From Gekko japonicus (lineage: Eukaryota), in NCBI RefSeq assembly GCF_001447785.1, contig NW_015173705.1:568706-632705 (forward strand): a DNA stretch of 64,000 nt, read 5' to 3'. The stretch's first letter is position 1. Each line of letters begins with the position of its first letter. This document shows positions 1 through 12,649 of this stretch, one piece after another. The position numbers and the translations under genes were made by a program. The notes below the pieces were generated by a model. That model saw only the letters and a program-made list of their open reading frames with translations, had not been told where the DNA came from and searched no databases.

Positions 1-522
1 CATACACTCTGAAATTTGTTCCAATTTACTTGTTTTATTAAGACTATGCACAGAGTAACCTTTCATCTTCCATTAAAATTTTACAGACCTCATGGCTGGG
101 GAAAAACTTATAAATTGTAAGCCAAGCATAAATAGAGGAAAGACAGGAATAGAAGCGATGCACTGGCTGGGGATCTGAGGCTTATTGTCGAAACGTTTGA
201 GAGGAAACAGAAGGGCAGAAGGATGTTCCTCAAAGATGAAGTAATGGTAGGACAAAGAGAAGAGTAAGCTATAAGTGGATTCTCAGTATTAAACTGTACC
301 TCCAAAACAATATAGGGCACACGTCAATTTCACACAAGAAATCAGTACAAGCTTCATTTTGGATTTTAGGAACATGGAAACTAACTTGTAAATGCTGCAT
401 CTCAAAGACGAGAGATTAAAACGGAAGACCCTTCATATGAGTAGGTTTGATACTTTGCATATTAAGACTTGTCTGTCTAGTGGTTGTTGTGTTCATCCAT
501 TTTTAACAACTCTCTATTTTAG

Positions 523-1827
523 GTCCCTGGTTTGACATGTACCTAAGGGCCCGCGAATCGGTTGTTTTGAATTTCAATCCGTTCATGGCTTTCAGCCCTG
601 ATCCCAAAGCTGAATATAATGACCAGCTCACAAGGGCAACCAATATGACAGTTTCTGCTTTGCGTTTCTTGAAGACTCTCAGGGCTGGATTATTGGAGCC
701 TGAGGTTTTCCACCTCAATCCCTCTAGAAGTGATACTCAAGCTTTCAAAAGGTTTATTCGATTTGTGCCTTCCTCTCTCTCCTGGTTTGGTGCCTATATA
801 GTCAATGCCTACCCACTTGACATGTCGCAGTATTTCAGGCTTTTCAATTCCACACGATTGCCTAAGCGCAATAAGGACGAGCTTTTTACAGATGAAAAGG
901 CAAGGCACTTATTGGTGCTTAGAAATGGAAATTTTTACACATTTGATGTAATTGATAGAGATGGAAATATAATGAAGCCCTCAGAAATTCAAGCACATTT
1001 AAAATACATCCTTTCTGACAACAGCGCAGCTCCTGCATTCCCATTTGCTTGTCTGACCACTGAAAATCGAGATTCATGGGCATCGTTAAGGCAGGAGCTG
1101 CTTGACAGTGGCAATGAAGAAGCCTTAAGGAAAGTGGACTCGGCAATATTCTGTCTGTGCTTTGATGATTCTCCAGTTAAGGACCTCGTCCACTTGTCCC
1201 ATACCATGCTTCATGGAGATGGCTCCAACAGATGGTATGACAAGTCATTTAACCTTATTTTAACCAGCGATGGCACTGCGGCAATTCATTTTGAGCATTC
1301 ATGGGGAGACGGAGTGGCTGTGCTAAGATTCCAAAACGAAGTCTTTAAAGACAGCACCCAGTCGCCTGCTGTCACACCCCAGTCGCAGCCGGCTGCAGTT
1401 GATTCTTCCATGGCTGTTCAGACACTGACCTTTAAATTAAATGATACTTTAAAAGAAGGAATTACCAAGGCTAAACAAAAGTTTGATGCTACTGTGAAAA
1501 GGCTGACAGTGGAAATACTTGAATTCAAGAGAGGGGGTAAGGAGTTCTTGAAGAAGCAGAATTTGAGTCCTGATGCTGTAGTTCAGCTGGCATTCCAGAT
1601 GGCCTTTCTGCAGCAATATGGCCAGACTGTGGCTACCTATGAGTCTTGCAGCACAGCAGCATTCAAACACGGCCGTACTGAAACCATCCGTCCTGCTTCC
1701 GTTTATACAAAGTCGTGTTCAGAGGCTTTTGTCAGGGAGCCGTTCAAACGCAGCACAGCAGAGCTGCAACATATGATGGCAGAATGCTCGAAGTATCACA
1801 GCCAGCTCACCAAAGAAGCTGCCATGG
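523..1827 (+). CDS. CPT2: Carnitine O-palmitoyltransferase 2, large penultimate coding exon (1305 bp)
   Basis: ttttag|GTCCCTGG acceptor and ATGG|gtaagt donor. Translation GPWFDMYL...[15 protein letters not shown]...[18 protein letters not shown]...KEAAM is typical CPT2 and includes the catalytic His motif. Confidence 0.98.
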
Positions 1828-2021
1828 GTAAGTGTGAATGCTGTATAGATGTGACACAATCACGGTCTACTGCTGTCTGTATATTCAAAATAGCTTCTTA
1901 ACAGAGTTTTTAAAAGCCAGTAGACAAATAGGAGCAAAGTTCTTAACATGTTAACATAATATCCCTTTGCAAAAGGAGGAGTTAAACATGAGAGGAAAGC
2001 ATCAGTATGCAAAAAGTAGAG

Positions 2022-2055
2022 NNNNNNNNNNNNNNNNNNNNNNNNNNNNNNNNNN
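2022..2055. other. Assembly gap
   Basis: Run of N. Confidence 1.
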
Positions 2056-3065
2056 AATAAATGCAATCCTACCATTCCCTTCCACTGGCACATTCCTCTG
2101 GCTGATGCAAGAGTCTTCTCTGCTGGCACAAGGGCCTCTCATGTTGGTGGAAGAAGGCTTCTTGTATCAGAGGAATGTACCAGTGGAATGGTATGATAGG
2201 ATCCAGCCCAGTGATACCCATGGACAGCATGCAGGCAACTAGGAACTGCAAGTAATTACTGGGGGAATGTTGGAATGCCCTCCAGTATTTTCACTGAACT
2301 TGATGCTTCCTTGTGGAGAAAAATGAATGTATATTGTGTAGATTTAAGCCAAACCCTGTGCAAACAGCACAGAATGCTTAACGACATTTACAGAAGTCTC
2401 TAATTGGTTTTCTGAATGAAACAAAAATTAGCGGAATTTTCAATTCTGGTATTAAATTTATAAGATACTCTGAGTTAAAACACACAACTTTACAGTCTTA
2501 TAAATTTGACTTTTTAAACAGCTTATATTTACATCTTTAAAATATTGTAAATATGGATGTAGGTGTGCTTAATAGTATATTAATTATAGTTGGTTATAAT
2601 AGTAAGATCACTGTATATTTTGAACTTCTCTTAGCAGTGTCCATTAAAGTACTGCACATGCTATAGATTTTTATTTTGGTACATCAGCCCATCTGTCAGC
2701 AGCATGTGAAGTGCAATGGAAAGTAAAATACTGCTGCATTTATGTGGATAAACAGCATTAGGTATTTCTGTAGGGGATATTTGGGTGTGTATATAGAACT
2801 GCTCACCAATCATTGAAAAATACTGCTGTTCCCTTGGTAGAAATTCAGGCAATTGTGTCATTTGAAGATATCCTGGAATTGGTCTTGGATCAGCTGTGTA
2901 CAGTAGGAGTAGCCATAAGCTCTGATGAACTGAGGTTACCTATGAAGTGGAAGAGTAGGCTTTGTGGGTCTGTATTCCTTGTGCGCTATAATTCTTGTAT
3001 CTGAATTGTACAGGTGCTGTACAATAGTACTATTGGATACAATAGTAGCCAAGCCATACCACAAT

Positions 3066-4220
3066 CCAACAAAAGTACTAAGTAGCACATAAAAACTATT
3101 ATTTATTTATATAATTATAGAGATTTATTTCACAGTGCTGACACCAAACATTAAATATTAAGTGAGAAATCAGTCAGAGATGTTCACATATCACAAAGTA
3201 TCAGTTCAAATAAATACACAATAAGCTGTTAATTTGAAAATCCAACGTGGCGGTAATTTACTGAGAAATGTTGTGGATCTGCTGATGGGACTGGGTGCCA
3301 GCTCTAAGCCCATTTCAAAGTTTTCTTCTTCATGACCAACCTCTCACCATTCAATTGCAGCACATCAATAGCCTAACAAAATTAAAACAACGTTTATTGC
3401 CAAACACGTATCATTCCTCCCATGTAATAACAATGAATTGATACCAACCTTTAACATTTCAATTGCAGCACATTAATAGCTTAATGTTCTGAACAGCAGT
3501 CATAAAATGCTCACTTGTGGATCAATACCTTGTTAAAATAGCAATTAAGAAGAAGAGAAGAGATTGGATTTATACCCCGCCCTTCACTCGGATTCTCAGA
3601 GCGACTTACAAACTTCTTTCTCTTCCCCTCACCACAACAGACACTCCGTGAGGTAGGTGGGGCTCTTTCCAGAACTGTCCTTGAGAGAACAGCTCTGACA
3701 GGACTATGGCTTGCCCAAGGTCATCCAGCAGCTTCTGGTGGAGGAGTGGGGAATCAAACCCGGTTCTCCCAGATTACAGTCCACATATTTAACCACAACA
3801 CCAAATTTCATTAAACATTCACAAGCATCAGCTGCAAACCTCATATTCAAGGGATAGTCTATTTCTTAACGATATAGTGGGTCATATATAATACCATATT
3901 GCTCACACTATATGAGAGATTTGCAGCTGCTATTTTAACCAGTTATTTATAATTAAGCCACAAGTGAGCATTTTACAACTGCTGTTCAGAACATTTTTAA
4001 GCTATTGATGTGCTGCAATTTATATGTGAAAGGTTGGATTTTTAAATTACCAACTTGTGTGTTTATTTGAACTGATACTTTGTGATATCTGAATATCTCT
4101 AAGTGATTTCTCACTTAATATTTAATGTTTGGTTGTCAGCACTGTGAAATAATTTTCTATGATGATGTAAATAGCTTTCTGCATGCTACTCTAGAGCCAC
4201 ATACTTAGTACTTTTGTTTG
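3066..4220. repeat. Long imperfect foldback (inverted repeat) in CPT2 intron
   Basis: ~3066-3247 is the reverse complement of ~4032-4220, and ~3445-3545 of ~3928-4037. Confidence 0.8.
3548..3806 (-). mobile_element. tRNA-derived SINE (Squam3-like)
   Basis: Reverse complement begins TTTGGTGTTGTGGTTAA...GGAGAACCGGGTTTGATTCCCCACTCCTCC; same family as 36887-37125. Confidence 0.8.
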
Positions 4221-4682
4221 TTATAGTATACAGAGTTGCTTCAGATGGAATAATCCTGCACTGGTAAAGATTCGCATGCATATATTAGCTCTGCCTGAAA
4301 CCTCTCAGATTAGTTTCTACCATATCTCAAAATGTCATTAGTTGCTGGATTTTATTTTAGTTAAGACTTCAAAAGACTTTCTGTGGATTGCCACCAACTT
4401 AAAGAAATGTAACAAGTAGTGGATATTTTATATAACTGTATAACCTGCCTTTCTTTGGAGCACCTTAGGACCCAAGATAGGTAAAAAAGAGGGGGGGGGG
4501 ATAAAAATAAGTATTACAGTAGACATACATTAAAAATATTAAAAACCAATATAGAAATACTTTTATGGTCCATTAGGAGAATATTCTCCCTTTTCCCAGC
4601 TTAAAGCTGCCTCAAGAGCTCTCTAATAGCTCTGTCTTACAGCCTTTCTGGAAAGCCCAGGAGGTGTAAGACAACATATGCA

Positions 4683-4860
4683 TAGCCATGCTGGATCAGA
4701 CCAAGGGTTCATCAAGTCCAGCATTCTGTTCACACAGTGGCCAACCAACTACTAGGAAGCCCACAAACAGGAAGACTGCAACAGCATCATCCTGCCTGGG
4801 CTCCCCAGCAACTGATTTAAAGAGGCATGCTACCTCTGGTACTGGAGGTTGTTGTAGAGG
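4683..4860 (+). mobile_element. CR1-type LINE 3' fragment
   Basis: gccatgctggatcagaccaagggttcatcaagtccagcattctgttcacacagtggccaacc is typical of squamate CR1 3' ends; a related piece lies at ~58168-58260. Confidence 0.6.
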
Positions 4861-5519
4861 TCATACAGCATAGCAGGTAGGAGTTTGAAGCCAGTCTCGC
4901 CTTTGCTGTAAACTAATTTGGTGGCCTTAGCCTGTCTGTACAGTTTTTGTTCTTTATTTATGTATTCATTTACTTCATTGATACTCTGCTTTCTCCTCAT
5001 TGGGGTCCCAAAGCATTTTACATTATTGGCCATGAAACACTGGCTGTTGTTCGGCTATGACAAAAATAAAACCAGTTAGGTATGCAATAAAGAACTGCAG
5101 AAGGCCATGGGAGCATAATAGTGACCTTTCCTACAGAATTGTTTCAGTGATCCTGGAGGTAACATACATGGAACACTCTAAAACCGTTTACAAGATTGCT
5201 TCAAAATGAAATACCAACATACATAACTTTTTTCTTGGGGGCATAGGAAAAGATGTTCCCTAGTTTTACTTTTGCTTCACTTGAAGTTTATTAAAATAGA
5301 TTGTTTACAAGACTACATTTCAACTGAATTGTTTGTTCTTAGGTTGGATCCTACCAGTCTGTTTGGTTGGTGCCAGTTTCTAATTGTCATCAGAAGAGCT
5401 TCTTCCATAAGTGGAAGAACTCCCTGTGTTGGAGGAATGCACTAGCAGAAGGAACTGGTAGGATCCAGATTCTAGTACTTGATTGAACAAACAAGAAAGA
5501 CTTGTGCACATTTCTTTCA

Positions 5520-6000
5520 TTATTTTATTTTAAACATTATTATCTTGCCTTTCTTCCCAATCAGGGCCCTCAAGGTGGTGAATGGTTGAAAAACATTAAA
5601 ATATTAAAATAATACATGCAACAACAATTAAAATCATAAATAGGAAGGAGGGTCAATAAGGGAACGCCAAGTAAAGCAAAAATGCCTTCATCTGCTGACA
5701 GAGAATAACAGTAGGGTTGGGTTGGAGCAGATGACTCTCTGAAGAGGGAATTCCACAGTTTTAGTGCTACAACTGAGAAAACCCCTTTTTTTGTGGCTGC
5801 CACCCACCTAACCTCAAACCATTGTGTGGGAAGGGGGCTCTGAAGTTGGCTGGAATAGACTGGAGTTATATGGTTCCTACAACCCACTCCTATGATCCTA
5901 GCCAGAGCATTCATCCCAGTTGTGGTTTCTGGATGCTCTTCAAGGTCAGCCCCACATGCAGCACATTGCTGTAGGCTACTTGAGATGTTACCAGGGCATG
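5520..6000 (-). mobile_element. L2-like LINE 3' fragment
   Basis: Minus-strand translation FSVVALKLWNSL, and a tail shared with the L2-like copies at 43.5-46.5 kb. Confidence 0.6.
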
Positions 6001-6150
6001 TACAAACTTTCTGTCTGTTGTGTGGTGTTTCCTCAAATGCATACTCATGGTGTGAAGTGCTCATAATCTGTCATTTTGGAAGATGTGAAATAAGTCATAA
6101 CAAGCAACATTTTTTGCAGTGTCAGTCACTATTGCATTTTATTTTGGCAG

Positions 6151-6485
6151 GTCAGGGATTTGACCGACACCTATTTGGCTTGCGGTATTTGGGAGAATCC
6201 ACTGGCATGCCTTTGCCAGACTTTTACCAAGACCAAGCTTATGCACAGATCAATCATAACATTCTGTCCACCAGCACTTTGAGCAGTCCAGCTGTGACCA
6301 TGGGTGGGTTTGCCCCAGTGGTGCCTGATGGCTTTGGTATCGCATATAGAGTGCATGATAACTTCATTGGATGCAGCGTTTCTTCCTATCCAGCTAGGAA
6401 TGTGCATGAATTCCTTCAGTGCGTGCACAAGTCACTGGATGACATGTTTAACGTTTTGGAAGGTAAACACATAAGTAAGGGCTAG
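6151..6485 (+). CDS. CPT2: CPT2 last coding exon
   Basis: ttttggcag|GTCAGGGATTT acceptor, phase matches previous exon. Encodes [14 protein letters not shown]...[10 protein letters not shown]...[12 protein letters not shown]...LEGKHISKG* (TAG 6483-6485). Confidence 0.97.
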
Positions 6486-7690
6486 TCTGTTTGAATACGC
6501 AGTCCCCCAGGACTATTGTCCACTGGTGAAATGCCTTTAGGATTCTGACTGCAATTTGAGTACCGCATCGTCTGCCTTGTGTTTCCTTTGAAAAACATTA
6601 TTCCCCAGGGGAGAAAAAATCATGAATTTAATTCTGTACATACTTCTGATTGTAAAATAATGTTGCCTTTATACTGATGCCTTATCTGTCGTTTCAGACC
6701 CATATAGTACCTCCTCAGAGTCAATAACAAAACATTTTTGTTCATAATGAAATATCTAACATGTTAATTGGAAACTGAATTGCTGAGACAAGCAGCTTGG
6801 GAAAGACAGGTGTAATACATATCTAAATTAAATGCATCTATATTACCTGTACCAGAATGAAACGCTTGCACTTAGAATAACGGCTTTATTTTTTTAGTAT
6901 GTTAAACAGAATGTCATTTTAAATGTGCCTTTGTTGGAAACTTCTTTGATGCACCAAGGATTCAACAGAAACGTAAATGTGAACAATCAACAACCTAGCT
7001 TTATGTATTCACCAATCACGGAATTGATTGAAATAAACAATCGCCTCAAGAACATGGTCTACTATATGATGATGGAGCCCAGATTCTTACTCATTCAACA
7101 CTGTAGGAACAGGCAAGGAGAAGGGACTACTTAATTTGGAAGTATTCTAGACCCTTATGACTGACCCATTTTTTCAGTGGGAGGACAGACTACAGGGGAA
7201 CCAGAGTCTCAACCATGTTTCTACAGTGCAGGGGAAACGGAAGAATTACCACATAAAGAATGCTTTAAGTCACAATGTAAAAGATATGACACACTTGAAT
7301 ATATTCACTTTTTTCAAGTCTTCTAATTTAAAAAAGTTCTGTATACACTAAGATTTCAAAACCTCTGCTGAACATTGGATTTTCCCCCCATATAGGGCAC
7401 TTCTGAACTAATGTAAACAAATTTAAGAACTTACACAGTGTTCATATTACCCCCCCCCCAAAAAAAATCCATTTTTCTTCCTGCTAATACTGCTGCATAG
7501 CTTCTGCCTAATCAAGCTGCTGACTTCTATGCAGGGAATTTAGGAGCTCCATTAAAATAAATATAGTTGTTACATTTGCTGCCCTATATATGTGTCCCCA
7601 AAGCCCTCCTGACTTCTTTGTTGGCTAGCATGCTGCGTTCTTTGTGTAAGGCCATATGAGGGAGGGTAAAGTTTGTAGAAAGTAAAATAC

Positions 7691-7696
7691 TTTATT
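7691..7696 (-). terminator. Probable CZIB polyadenylation signal (AATAAA)
   Basis: tttatt on the + strand ~30 nt downstream of the CZIB stop codon. Confidence 0.6.
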
Positions 7697-7727
7697 CTTG
7701 ATTCAGAAAATCAATGACAAATAAGTT

Positions 7728-7805
7728 TCAACATTTGACAAACCTATGGGTAACTTCATAGATTCCGACTGATTCCTTTATTTTTTCATCATAGTCATTC
7801 CAATC
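7728..7805 (-). CDS. CZIB: CZIB exon 8 (last coding exon)
   Basis: ccacag| DWNDYDEKIKESVGIYEVTHRFVKC*; the eight exons sum to 160 aa. Confidence 0.95.
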   Translation of the reverse strand, partial: DWNDYDEKIKESVGIYEVTHRFVKC

Positions 7806-7849
7806 CTGTGGAGTTAAATTCACAATGTTAGCTAGATACAAGGTAACTT

Positions 7850-8333
7850 CTGGATGCTCCCCAAGCAGGTTGGGGACTTTTGACATGGGCTCTACTGCAA
7901 AGTATCTGTCAAGTTTAACAGCCCCACATCATCGCAGAGCATACATGCTTGCACGCTTTAATGTTCTGCTATCAGAGGTGCTTTTAGGGAGGTACCGCCA
8001 GATACCATATGTAGACAGACTTTGTCCTTGCTCTCGAAAAGCTATAGAATCCACTACACACACCATACTTCATTGCCCCTTCTATAAGGATATCAAATCT
8101 CGTTTTGTTACTCCATTTCTAGAGGGTAAGAGCTGGCACTCTGATGACTCAATTGTTCACTTTCTTCTGTTTAATTCTAATTGCGAAATAATGCAGGCTG
8201 TTGCAAAATTTTCATATTATGCAATCAGAAGACGAGGCTTGAATAGCCAAGTGTAAGTGACTGATACATCTTAGTATTTCCCCGTATTTCCATGATGTTT
8301 TGTGCTTTCATGCCAATAAAGGGTGTGTGTGTG
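7850..8333 (+). mobile_element. 5'-truncated LINE 3' end (RTE-X-like) with C-terminal CCHC motif
   Basis: RRAYMLARFNVL...DRLCPC...ESTTHTILHCPFYKDI, followed by atgccaataaagg and a (GT)n tail; similar tails at ~16700 and ~53890. Confidence 0.7.
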
Positions 8334-9425
8334 TTAAACATAACTTCTGTATTAGGCAACAGATGCTCTAAGCTAAAGTTTAGGATTCTGTGCTTGGATC
8401 TGAGCCTGTATTTCTGATACAATAATGTCCCCCTTGCATTGGGAATGAAGTCAGAAAACATCCATTAAAAATTCAACTTGGCTTCCAGCTTCTTTATCAT
8501 TTTTAGCTTAAGGAATAATAGTTTTCCTATGGTGAAGTCCATAGTCACCCAAACAGACGGGCTTGCCTCTCCCTCACTTGAAGGATTAAATTTGTCAAGC
8601 CGTTGGTGGGTCACCAGACAGACCTATCTTTATGCTGAGAAGTGAACTGACCTTGACACGGCTGCTCATGGCTGAAGACAATAGAGCAAGTGAAGAGTCA
8701 TCACCCTGAGCCTCCAAAGAGATTACTTGACAGCACAATTCTCTACCGGAAAGTAGTAAATCTGGAGCAACTGCCTGCAAAGCCAGAGCTTATGTTTGCA
8801 TATAATGCAGTCTTGCAATGCTTTATCAGGGAACAACTCCCTATATTGCACTATAACAACTGGTTACCCTCTAGAAGATTCTTAAATGATGCCCATTATT
8901 TACTTTTATATGCTGCTTAAAAGTTCTTTTACGTCTGCCATAAATAAATACACAAGTTCTCTTTTAGCAAAACAAGTGAAATGTTTCAAAAGCCCCAACT
9001 TTTGCAATGTTTTCTGTGTATGATAGATGACAATAGCCACTAACTGCTACTAGTATTGCTTGCTACTAGCATTGACAAAACTAGCTCACAGTCCTGCAAA
9101 TGGCAAAAAAAGAGTGTGGTACAGCTGAGAAACTTCTTTAAGCACAACAGTGATTCAGCAACTGAACAGTCTGCCTGCTTGCCTTCTGCAATGTGCCAGT
9201 GATTATATGCTGTCCTCTTTAAAAAGTTCTTCTTTTTCTCCTGCATTTGGCAGAGCCTGGTGATCTACTTTTTCTTGGGTGGAGGAGAAAGATACATGAT
9301 GGGGATCTTTAACATGAGAACACTCACCTCTCCAAACCAGGGAGACATGCTGAGTGCTGCTAAGTACTCAGTAGGAGGAATTCATCAAGTTACGATACAG
9401 CTTTTATTAAAACTACAGACTGTAC

Positions 9426-9491
9426 CTTTTCCAATAAGTTGATGTCAGTGAAAGGCGTTCCAGACTCTGCACCTTCTGCAACAAACCCAGC
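9426..9491 (-). CDS. CZIB: CZIB exon 7
   Basis: tttacag| AGFVAEGAESGTPFTDINLLEK |gtaca; 66 bp. Confidence 0.93.
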
Positions 9492-10974
9492 CTGTAAATA
9501 TTTAGAAAGCATTTGTTAGTTATACAATCAGATCTGGAATGAAATGGATGCAAAGTAAGCAGCAAATAAGGGTAGCTGGTGGTGGTGACCAGGGTGACAA
9601 AAGGTCTCCCAAGAGCTCAGCAATGTTGCTAAAAAGAACAAATCCCTCTGCTAAACTTTCTACTTTGGAGTTACACTAGAGAGACTTTTTAATTGCTGCA
9701 AAAAGGAATTTTGAAGGAACCAGCTGCCCCCTGCTGACTGGTAAAGGAACAAGGAGCAAACAAATCAATGAAATCGCAATTTTCAATGTATTGTCCTGTA
9801 CATTGTCTATCATATTCATGAGGGGGAAAGAATGCAGATGCCACCACCATTGTCACCCTATACTCATTTTGCAGACGGCTGTCCTTGGGAAAGATGCAAA
9901 AGGAAGAGACCTATAGTCAGCAACCTCCCACAGTCTGAGTGCCTAACTGCACACTACATTTTCCCTGAGTATTTTCCTGGGTCAGGTCACAGTGGTGCTC
10001 TGGGAGCTCTGTGCTTCCCAAGTGAGAGGAACCCCAATAAGGATCAGGAACATGGCAAGCAGGGGCACAGACTGTCCCCTCCCCACCCCATTCTCCTGGA
10101 CTGAACCAGTTCCAGGGAATTACTATTTGCGGAAATGGACATGCAGGGACAGGTTAGCCATTAAGGCCACCAGGAATAATTGTGGTGGGCTGATGGCCTA
10201 CAGGGCTGCCTCCTTCGCCCCAATGAAAGGGCAGCTGTCACCTTGTTCAGGGCAGCCCTCGCAGCTGACACTCTGGTGAGCCAGTGGCCCTTGTCCTGCC
10301 ACCACGAGCGAGCTGATGACTCCAACCCCATGCAGGAGAGCCATCACTGTGAACAAGCTGGCTGCCCTGGCCCCATGTACAGTAGGCAAGCCCCGGCATT
10401 GCTGTGAATGAGCCAGATTCCCCAGCACCGTGGAAGATGGGTAAACTGCTATGGCTCACCCACCCCACATGGAGCTGGGGAAGCCAGCTTGCTTCTGGCA
10501 GCAGCACACCTGCCCCCTGACACCAGGACAGTCAGCTTGCTTGCTGTAGCATCAAGAGAGACATATTTTGCTCCTTCCCCCCTCTGTTGGGGTAGGGGTG
10601 GGGTAGCGTCCTTTCTAGGGCCATTTTTGGTTCTCCCTCTGAGGTGGAGGCCATCTTGTGGGTGATTCCCATCCATCACTTAGGGAGGCAGAACTAAATT
10701 CAATAACTTCCTGTTTCCTGTGGTGGGAGTCACCCTAGGCCTAGTTCTTTTCCTGCCTTAGTAGGGAGAGCAGTTAGCTCTAGGCTTTGCCTAATCCTAT
10801 CTTGATTTCTCTCACTAATTTCCTTCATTCTCTTATCTTCCCTCTCTGTTACTTAAAAAAAGGGCTACCTTGCTTCCCTTCGCCTCTTCCTCTACTTACC
10901 CTCCCCCTATTGTGGGACTGGGGGTTGACCAGCTCAATTCCCCTCTTGGCAAGGAGAACATTTTCACTGTTTCT

Positions 10975-12618
10975 ATGGCAGCGGGGGAAGACAGTGATGG
11001 GTTTCTCTCCAACCTGGAGAGAGACACTGCTGGAATCAATGAGGAAGGAAAAGACCGTATGGCAAGAAAAAGAGCCGTGGCGGAGGTCAAGGAGTGAGGA
11101 GAGGGTGGCGCGGTGAAGTGTGCCAAAACCCGCATGCAGAAGGAGCCCATGTTGCCTTCGGCAGCCATTTTACAGTCCTCTGACCAGCATGCATATTTAG
11201 ACGGGAACAGTGAGCAGTGCCTAATCCTGCAAACTGAAAGCCCTGAGACCTATGGGCATAGCGGGAGCCTCCATGCTGGGCAAAATCAGTCCTATGTGGC
11301 CCATGGAGAAGAGAAAGATGACAAATCGCATAGCGGTAACGTTGGCGACCCCAGGTCCCTTCCCCCTCTCCCCAAGTGTGATGGCATTTTTTAGGAAAGC
11401 CTTGAGGGAAGAAATCACCCATTTCTGCAGCTTGGGGGGCCGGGGCTCCTGTTCCAGATCTTCATTCTCATCTACGTCCCCCTCCCCTCGGAGACATAAG
11501 GACAAATGTTGTTGGTCCACAAAGGCTGCTCAAAAAAGGTTCCCCAGGGAATGGTGCCTGTATGATTCAATGGCACCTGAGAGAGACGCCTTGTCTCATG
11601 TGTCTAGTGAAAAGAAGGAGAGTTTTCTTTTAATGAGGAAGAAGTGAGAACAACTGCCACAGAACAGTCCGTCCGATTTTTTAAAGGAGAGGATTTTCAG
11701 TACCTACTCTCAAAAACCTTGTCAGCGCTCAACATTCAGGGCTCCCAGGCTACAGGGAGCAAGAGGGCTGACACCCAAGAACAACAGGAGGGTGCAGAGA
11801 TCACTGATGAGTTCTTCCCACCAGTCGATTACTCAGAAAAGGCCTTTCCCTTCCCTGATTTTTAATGTAAGAAAGTTGAAGGCAGGATGGGCGAAGTCAC
11901 TGACTAACAAACCATTTCCAGGATTTATTAAAAAACTGTATCCTATGACATCATCTGCTTCAAGTCCATTACAGGTACCGGTGGTTGATGCACCGGTAAC
12001 GGCACTACAATCTTCTGGATTGGTCTCTGAAGATGGACATGGCAATCTAAGAAACAATCTTGATAAGCGAGCGGAGTTTGCTCTGAGGAAAGTCATGAGG
12101 CCGATGCCATGGCAATCAAAGCATTTGCTGCAGCGTCCAATTGTTTAAAGCAACTATTGTGTGGTTGAGAAAGCTAATTCAGATGTTACCCAACAACAAC
12201 CGCAGACTATTGGAGTGGGCCAATAGAGTCTTGAAGGCCATCTCCTACACAGCCAAGGCTACCTTGGACACCATGGTCATTGCCTCTAAAGCTATGGCAT
12301 CTGCTGCTGCTGTTTGTTGCATCATTTGGCTCAGGGCTTGGCCTATGGACTATCAATCCAAAGCCATCGTCACAGTATACCCCTTTTCAAGGTGACAAAC
12401 TTTTCGGAGATCCACTGGAAAGGATCTTAATGGAGACACGGGATAAGAAGAAAGCTCTTCCCAAGATCATGCACCTTGGAGACAAAGGGACAGTGGCCTC
12501 TTCCTCCTCTCGCATGCAGCATACACTACCCAGGTTCCGCCAAGAGAACAGAATACCTTCATGGGGTGGCAACGGACAGTCCTTTCATCAAGGAGGCTTC
12601 AACAACAGATTCTCATGA
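10975..12618 (+). pseudogene. DIRS ORF1 (gag-like), broken by stops and frameshifts
   Basis: Fragments such as VPVVDAPVTAL...LDKRAE, MASAAAVCCIIWLRAW and PFQGDKLFGDPLE resemble vertebrate DIRS ORF1. Confidence 0.7.
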
Positions 12619-12649
12619 CCCAATACCAATTGACAAGAGAAAGGGGATA

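Noticed and set aside
1828-1901. C-terminal tail of the 454-aa ORF (KCECCIDV...)
   Set aside because: Lies beyond the GTAAGT donor; intron sequence.
5892-6150. N-terminal part of the 197-aa ORF
   Set aside because: Intronic read-through (partly antisense L2); CPT2 similarity starts only at the acceptor at 6151.
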